The notes beneath the pieces are model-generated. The model was not told the DNA's origin. It saw nothing but the letters and a program-made list of their open reading frames with translations, and ran no database searches. From Planctomycetota bacterium (GTDB lineage Bacteria > Planctomycetota > UBA11346): a stretch of 11,201 nucleotides of DNA. Within the stretch, counting starts at the first letter, position 1. Every line of letters begins with the position of its first letter. The position numbers and the translations under genes are program-made. Positions 6,039 to 11,201 of this stretch are shown one piece after another. The DNA is taken from positions 1 through 11,201 of the forward strand of contig JAYVTR010000281.1 of assembly GCA_043788625.1 (NCBI GenBank), in the 5' to 3' direction.

Positions 6039-8914
6039 ATACTCAATCAGCAGCGGTCGCTGATTATTTTCAATCCCTGGCGAAAACCACCTTCAGTGGT
6101 GACGTCACTGCCAGTGAAGCCGCCCGCTTTGCCGTGGCCACCGACAATAGCATCTATCAGGTGCTGCCGGCTGGTGTCGTGCATCCGCGCTCGACCGCTG
6201 ATGTCGCCGCCCTGCTGCGCACCGCCCGTGCCCATCCGACGATCCGTCTGTGTTCGCGCGGTGGTGGCACCAGCACCAATGGCCAGTGCCTGACCCACGG
6301 GCTGGTCATCGATCACAGCCGTCATCACGATGCACTGCTGAACCTCGATGTCGCCGCCCGGTTGGTGACGGTGGCGCCGGGGATGGTGCTGGACACCTTG
6401 AACCGCCATGTGCTTGGACATGGACTGCAAGTCGCGCCGACACTGTCGACGTCTTCACGCGCCACCATCGGCGGCATGGTCAGCACCGACGCCGCCGGCA
6501 AGGGCTCGCGCGTTTATGGAAAAACCTCGGAGCACATTGAGGCTTTGGAAGTGGTCTTGGCCGATGGCACGGTGTGGACCTCACGGGCCATGAACGCTGC
6601 TGAATTCGCCTGGGAGAGCGAGCGATCCGACAGCGTCGGACAGCTTTTACGCGACGTCATGGCGGTCGTCGACGCCAATCGCGCGGCGGTGGCCGAACGT
6701 TTTCCGCGTCTGCGGCGCTTTCTCGCCGGCTATAATCTGGCACGGGTGCGTCAGGATGACGGCCGCATCAATTTCAATTGGCTGTTGGCCGGCGCCGAGG
6801 GCACCCTGGCGGTGATCACTGCTATCACCTTGCGCCTGATTCCCATCCCCGCCGCCAAACGCCTGGTGGTGCTGCGCTATGCGACCTTTGCCGCGGCATT
6901 GGCCGAAGCACAAACCTTGATCACCCGCCAACCGCAGGCGATCGAGACCATCGATGAACTGGTCGTCAACCTGGCCAGCCAGTCGCCCCTGTGGGCGCGC
7001 GTCGGACACCTGTTGCCCGCTGGCAGCGGCCCGTTGAACCTGGTGCAGTTCGTCGGTGATGACGCTGCACAGCTGGCGGTGGTGGCGGCGGACCTGGGTG
7101 GCGTGCAGTTGACTGCCAGCAGTGACATCGCCGCCTGTTGGGATCTGCGCAAAGCCGGCGTCGGCTTGCTTGGCAAGCTGCCCGGTGCGCGCAAGCCGGT
7201 GCCGTTCATCGAGGACACCGTGGTGCCACCCGAACACCTCGCCGCCTACGTCGTTGAGCTGCGTGCTCTGCTCGACAGCCATGGTTTGCGTTATGGCATG
7301 TTCGGCCACGTCGATGTCGGTTGTCTGCATGTGCGCCCGGCCCTCGATCTGACTGATCCGCATGATGTCGCCAAGATCCGTCCGCTCAGCGATGCGGTGG
7401 CAGCGCTGACGCTCAAATACGGCGGTTTATTGTGGGGCGAACACGGCAAAGGTTTTCGTGGTGAATATCTGCCGTTGTTTGTCGGCGATACCCTGCACCA
7501 CGCTTTCCGGCAGATCAAAAGCGCTTTCGACCGCGGAAACCAGCTGAATCCTGGCAAGCTGGTCGCCCCCTGCGGTTGCGATGAACACCCGCCGGCACTT
7601 GACGCGGTGCCGCTACGCGGACAGGCCGACGCACAGATTTCGCTAGCCATGCGTACGGCTTGGGCTTCAGCGGTAAGCTGCAATGGCAATGGAGCCTGCC
7701 ATGCACCTGATCCACACGTGGTGATGTGCCCGTCGAGCAAGATCACCAAGGATCGCATCCATACGCCAAAGGGTCGTGCTGATCTGGTACGCGAGTGGCT
7801 GCGGCGCCTGCAACTTGCCGGCGATTCGGCGCTGATGGTACCGGCGGGCGTGGGTTGGCGGTCACCGCATAACGATGACGCTTTTACCCATGAGGTGAAA
7901 GCGGCTCTTGATGGCTGCCTGGCGTGCAAGGCGTGCAGCGGCACCTGTCCAGTGCAGGTCGATGTACCGGATTTGAAGGCGCGCTTTCTCGCCCATTACC
8001 ATGGCCGTTACGCCCGACCGCTGCGTGATTGGGCGATGGCGGCACTCGAGACCCTCGCCCCGCTGGCGGCACGCCTGCCGCGGCTGGCCAATGCCCTGCC
8101 GACACCGCGAGGCCTGGTGGATCTACCGCGCTTCAGTTCGCCGCCACTGTGGCAACGGCGGCCACCCGGCCTGGCATCACTGGCCGAGGCGCACGTGGTG
8201 CTGGTGCCGGATGTATTTACCGCCTGCTTTGATGCTGACAGCGTCACGGCCGCAATCACCTTGCTGGCTGCGTTGGGCTGGCGCGTGCACCTGGCGCCAC
8301 TGGTCGCCAACGGCAAGCCGCTGCACGTGCTGGGCATGCTGCATGGCTGGCGGCGCACCGCCACGGCGTGGCGCGCGCACCTCGAGCGCTTGGCTGCCAG
8401 CGGCAAACCGTTGCTGGCCCTGGAACCGGCAGTGGCCTTGACCGAGCGCGATGAACTACGCAAGGCGGGGTTGGCCGATGCACCACATCTGCAGCTGATG
8501 AGCGAGTTCCTCGCCGCACGCTTTGCCCAGCAACGCGTGCCGCGGGCCCTACCGCCGAGCCCTAAACGCAACGTCCACCTCTTGGCCCACTGCACCGAAC
8601 AAGCCACCGCACCGGCGGCGGCGCAGGCGTGGGTGGCGGTCTTCAGAGCCTGCGGCCATCACTTGACCGTGGTCCCCAGCGGCTGCTGCGGCATGGCCGG
8701 GGCATGGGGGCATTGCGTCGAAAACGTCGCTGCATCGCGGGCGCTGTTCGACTTATCATGGCGACCCCGTCTGGAGCAGGCCGATGCCATTGGCGCGCTC
8801 GTGGTGGCCGATGGTTTTTCATGCCGCCATCAGGCCGCCCGGGTTGCCGGCCGGCAATTGTTGGATCCGGCAGCGACGCTGTTGGCACTTGGCTTCGCCG
8901 ATGGCGGACATTGA
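6035..8914 (+). CDS. FAD-linked oxidase (GlcD/PCMH-type FAD-binding domain) fused to 4Fe-4S ferredoxin-type and cysteine-rich CCG domains. This is the YdiJ/GlpC-like architecture of a putative D-2-hydroxyacid dehydrogenase, about 959 aa.
   Basis: There is an N-terminal FAD-binding block (...RLCSRGGGTSTNGQ...ATIGGMVSTDAAG...), a mid-protein CLACKACSGTCP (CxxCxxCxxxCP) cluster motif plus a second degenerate Cys cluster (SCNGNGACHAP...MCPSS), and C-terminal CCG-like segments (TACFDADSV..., ...SGCCGMAGAWG). I chose the start at ATG 6035 because it overlaps the AraC TGA stop (6036-6038) as ATGA. The track's GTG at 6011 lies inside the AraC coding sequence and has no Shine-Dalgarno. Confidence 0.85.
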   Translation: MNTQSAAVADYFQSLAKTTFSGDVTASEAARFAVATDNSIYQVLPAGVVHPRSTADVAALLRTARAHPTIRLCSRGGGTSTNGQCLTHGLVIDHSRHHDALLNLDVAARLVTVAPGMVLDTLNRHVLGHGLQVAPTLSTSSRATIGGMVSTDAAGKGSRVYGKTSEHIEALEVVLADGTVWTSRAMNAAEFAWESERSDSVGQLLRDVMAVVDANRAAVAERFPRLRRFLAGYNLARVRQDDGRINFNWLLAGAEGTLAVITAITLRLIPIPAAKRLVVLRYATFAAALAEAQTLITRQPQAIETIDELVVNLASQSPLWARVGHLLPAGSGPLNLVQFVGDDAAQLAVVAADLGGVQLTASSDIAACWDLRKAGVGLLGKLPGARKPVPFIEDTVVPPEHLAAYVVELRALLDSHGLRYGMFGHVDVGCLHVRPALDLTDPHDVAKIRPLSDAVAALTLKYGGLLWGEHGKGFRGEYLPLFVGDTLHHAFRQIKSAFDRGNQLNPGKLVAPCGCDEHPPALDAVPLRGQADAQISLAMRTAWASAVSCNGNGACHAPDPHVVMCPSSKITKDRIHTPKGRADLVREWLRRLQLAGDSALMVPAGVGWRSPHNDDAFTHEVKAALDGCLACKACSGTCPVQVDVPDLKARFLAHYHGRYARPLRDWAMAALETLAPLAARLPRLANALPTPRGLVDLPRFSSPPLWQRRPPGLASLAEAHVVLVPDVFTACFDADSVTAAITLLAALGWRVHLAPLVANGKPLHVLGMLHGWRRTATAWRAHLERLAASGKPLLALEPAVALTERDELRKAGLADAPHLQLMSEFLAARFAQQRVPRALPPSPKRNVHLLAHCTEQATAPAAAQAWVAVFRACGHHLTVVPSGCCGMAGAWGHCVENVAASRALFDLSWRPRLEQADAIGALVVADGFSCRHQAARVAGRQLLDPAATLLALGFADGGH

Positions 8915-9083
8915 TCCCGTACGCCCTCGACTTTCACTATCATTAATAAAGTAGTAGTTTAAATCCTCACCGTGGTCGACGATTCGAGGCGCTGTCTGCG
9001 GACGTCTTATAGAAACCGTAGAAGTCATAATGATATGATTTCATTGGCACACTGTTCGCAATGACCTGCCTTAGGAGCCGACC
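8915..9083 (+). promoter_or_regulatory. clpB upstream region. It is relatively AT-rich and carries an AGGAG ribosome-binding site at 9073-9077. The promoter hexamers are not confidently identified.
   Basis: AGGAG sits 6 nt upstream of the ATG at 9084. There is a small CATTG-N12-CAATG inverted repeat at 9044-9065 and a CTTATAG motif near 9006-9012. I found no clean sigma-32 CTTGAA...CCCCAT match. Confidence 0.4.
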
Positions 9084-11201
9084 ATGCTGGACCCAAAATT
9101 GTTTACTGAAAAGACCCGCGAAGCCGTCAGCGCTGCCCACCAGGCGGCGGTCGAGCGTGGTCATGCGCGCATCGAGCCGCTGCATCTGCTCTTGGCCCTG
9201 ACCAGCGATAGCAATGGCCTGGGAGCCCGACTGCTGAGTAAGGCCGGAGCGCCACCGTTGGTCTTGGATAAAGCGCTGGCAGATCTACCGCGCCAGACGC
9301 CGGCCCCCGAACAGGTGCAACCATCGCCCGAGACGCTCAAGGTACTCAATGCCGCCGATGCCGAACGGAAAAACCGTGGCGACTCGCATCTGGCTAGCGA
9401 GAGCCTGCTGTTGGCCTTGCTCGACGACAAAGTCTGCGCGCGCTTGATGGGGGTGACCAAGAAGGCGCTCACCACCGCCGTCGATGAGGTGCGCCAAGGG
9501 CGCAAGGTCGACAGTGATCAGGCTGAAAACCGTTATGAAGCCTTGGAAAAATACGGCCGTGATTTGGTCGCCGCCGCCAAGGAAGGCAAACTTGATCCGG
9601 TGATCGGGCGCGACGAAGAAATCCGTCGCGTGGTGCAGGTGCTTTCACGCCGTACCAAAAATAACCCGGTGCTGATCGGCGAACCCGGCGTCGGCAAAAC
9701 TGCCATCGTCGAAGGCCTCGCCCGCCGCATCGTTGCCGGCGATGTGCCTGAAGGCCTCAAGCATCGACGCATCATCAGCCTCGATCTGGGCGCGCTGGTC
9801 GCTGGTGCAAAATACCGCGGCGAATTTGAGGAACGTCTCAAAGGCGTGCTCGATGAAGTGAAAAGCGCCAACGGCTCGATCATTCTGTTCATCGACGAGA
9901 TGCATCAGTTGCTGGGCGCCGGCAAGACCGATGGCGCCATGGACGCCGCCAATCTGCTCAAGCCGATGCTGGCACGTGGCGAACTGCACTGCATCGGCGC
10001 CACCACTCTCGACGAATACCGCAAGCACGTTGAAAAAGACGCGGCTTTCGAACGCCGTTTCCAACCGGTGCAAGTCGGCGAGCCATCGGTTGAAGACACG
10101 GTTTCTATTCTGCGTGGCCTCAAAGAACGCTATGAAGCGCACCATGGTGTGCGTATTGCCGATGCCGCACTCGTAGCGGCCGCGCGCCTATCGAGCCGTT
10201 ATATCCAAGGGCGCTTTTTGCCCGACAAAGCCATCGACCTGGTTGACGAAGCCTGCGCCAAGACCCGCGTGCAGCTCGATTCGCAGCCCGAAGCCATCGA
10301 CGCCCTGCAACGCCGCAAGCTGCAGCTCGACGTCGAAGCCACCGCGCTCAACACCGAAGAGGACGCCGGCTCGCGTGAACGTCTGGCAGTGGTGCGCGCG
10401 GAAGTGGCTCAGGTGCAAGAACAGCTCACCGGCCTCACCGCCCGCTATCAGGCGGAAAAGGCCGAGGTCGACCGCCTGCAGAGCTTGCGCAAGCAACTCG
10501 AACAGGCGCGCACCGAAATGGCCGAAGCTGAACGTACCTACAATCTCGGGAAAGTAGCCGAGCTGAAATACGGACGCATTCCCGAGCTTGAAAAACAGCT
10601 CGCCGAACCGGGCTCGGGCGTGTACGCCATTGAGCGCCTGGTCGGTGAAACCGTCGGCGCCGAACAGATCGCGCAGATTGTTGCGCGCTGGACGGGCATC
10701 CCGGCCGAACGCCTGAGCGAAGGTGACCGCACCCGACTGCTGGCCCTTGCCGAGCGCCTGCACCAGCGGGTGGTCGGGCAGGATGATGCGGTCGAGGCAG
10801 TGGCCAATGCCGTGCTGCGTTCGCGTTCTGGCCTGGGCGATCCGCAGCAGCCGCAGGGCTCGTTCTTGTTCCTTGGACCGACCGGCGTCGGCAAGACCGA
10901 ATTGGCCAAGGCGCTGGCCGCCGAACTGTTCGACGATGAACGCAAGATGGTGCGCATCGACATGTCGGAATACATGGAGCCGCACAGCGTCTCGCGGCTG
11001 ATCGGCGCGCCTCCGGGCTATGTCGGCTATGACGAGGGCGGCCAGTTGACCGAGGCGGTGCGTCGGGCGCCTTATACGGTGGTGCTGTTGGATGAGGTCG
11101 AAAAGGCGCATCCGCAGGTGTGGAATACTTTCCTCCAAGTGCTGGATGAAGGCCGTCTCACCGACGGCCAGGGACGCACCGTCGATTTCCGCAATACCGT
11201 C
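9084..11201 (+). CDS. clpB: ClpB disaggregase chaperone (Hsp100 AAA+), N-terminal 706 codons. It is truncated at the window edge.
   Basis: There is an N-domain, then NBD1 with Walker A ([15 protein letters not shown]) and Walker B ([10 protein letters not shown]). The coiled-coil middle domain follows (...[10 protein letters not shown]...[21 protein letters not shown]...). NBD2 has [18 protein letters not shown], the [22 protein letters not shown] block and Walker [12 protein letters not shown]. The middle domain distinguishes ClpB from ClpA. Confidence 0.97.
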   Translation, partial: MLDPKLFTEKTREAVSAAHQAAVERGHARIEPLHLLLALTSDSNGLGARLLSKAGAPPLVLDKALADLPRQTPAPEQVQPSPETLKVLNAADAERKNRGDSHLASESLLLALLDDKVCARLMGVTKKALTTAVDEVRQGRKVDSDQAENRYEALEKYGRDLVAAAKEGKLDPVIGRDEEIRRVVQVLSRRTKNNPVLIGEPGVGKTAIVEGLARRIVAGDVPEGLKHRRIISLDLGALVAGAKYRGEFEERLKGVLDEVKSANGSIILFIDEMHQLLGAGKTDGAMDAANLLKPMLARGELHCIGATTLDEYRKHVEKDAAFERRFQPVQVGEPSVEDTVSILRGLKERYEAHHGVRIADAALVAAARLSSRYIQGRFLPDKAIDLVDEACAKTRVQLDSQPEAIDALQRRKLQLDVEATALNTEEDAGSRERLAVVRAEVAQVQEQLTGLTARYQAEKAEVDRLQSLRKQLEQARTEMAEAERTYNLGKVAELKYGRIPELEKQLAEPGSGVYAIERLVGETVGAEQIAQIVARWTGIPAERLSEGDRTRLLALAERLHQRVVGQDDAVEAVANAVLRSRSGLGDPQQPQGSFLFLGPTGVGKTELAKALAAELFDDERKMVRIDMSEYMEPHSVSRLIGAPPGYVGYDEGGQLTEAVRRAPYTVVLLDEVEKAHPQVWNTFLQVLDEGRLTDGQGRTVDFRNTV

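Noticed and set aside
6047-8946. Many long antisense or out-of-frame ORFs inside the YdiJ-like gene (for example 6647..7363 -, 7291..7944 -, 8008..8607 -, 8001..8441 +)
   Set aside because: These are typical stop-codon-poor artefacts of 65% GC DNA. Their products are Arg/Ala/Pro-rich low-complexity sequences, whereas the sense frame carries a coherent conserved multidomain protein.
9480-9520. Internal translation start producing a short ClpB isoform (as at E. coli Val149)
   Set aside because: The equivalent position here is a GTC codon. The nearby GTG (9489-9491) has its GAGG directly abutting it with no spacer, so the sequence does not support an internal start.
9533-11138. Antisense ORFs opposite clpB (9645..10145 -, 10188..11138 - 316 aa, and others)
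   Set aside because: They run opposite an unambiguous, highly conserved ClpB reading frame and are high-GC frame artefacts.

Overview
The window is mostly a high-GC (roughly 62-66%) stretch of core-type genes, with one compositionally foreign low-GC segment at the left edge and one unusual tandem-repeat array. All GC values here are hand counts on sampled 60-nt blocks, not a full computation.

Gene content, left to right:
- 1-504 (minus strand, partial): the N-terminus of a signal-peptide-bearing hypothetical protein at about 41% GC. A roughly 25-30% GC intergenic region follows up to about 900.
- 918-2528 (+): a flotillin/SPFH (band-7) membrane protein.
- 2525-2614 (+): a 29-aa single-transmembrane ORF that overlaps the flotillin stop codon by ATGA.
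- 2619-2737: the intergenic space between convergent genes, filled almost entirely by one phase-continuous array of 17 heptanucleotide units in three sub-families (TGAAGCT, GCGAGCT, ACCAGTC).
- 5171 down to 2758 (minus strand): three co-directional genes in transcription order, a ribonucleoside hydrolase (IUNH family), a YgiD-type LigB extradiol (4,5-DOPA) dioxygenase, and a YgaP-type membrane-anchored rhodanese. A 99-bp divergent region separates the hydrolase from an AraC-family regulator.
- 5271-6038 (+): the AraC-family regulator, whose stop overlaps by ATGA the start of the next gene.
- 6035-8914 (+): a roughly 959-aa YdiJ-like FAD-linked oxidase fused to Fe-S and CCG domains.
- 9084 to the window edge (+, partial): clpB.

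I found no rRNA, tRNA, CRISPR array or recognisable transposon.

The items most worth following up are the heptad-repeat array, the small ORF translationally coupled to the flotillin gene, the low-GC segment with its secreted protein, and a strong U-tract-less hairpin between the hydrolase and dioxygenase genes.
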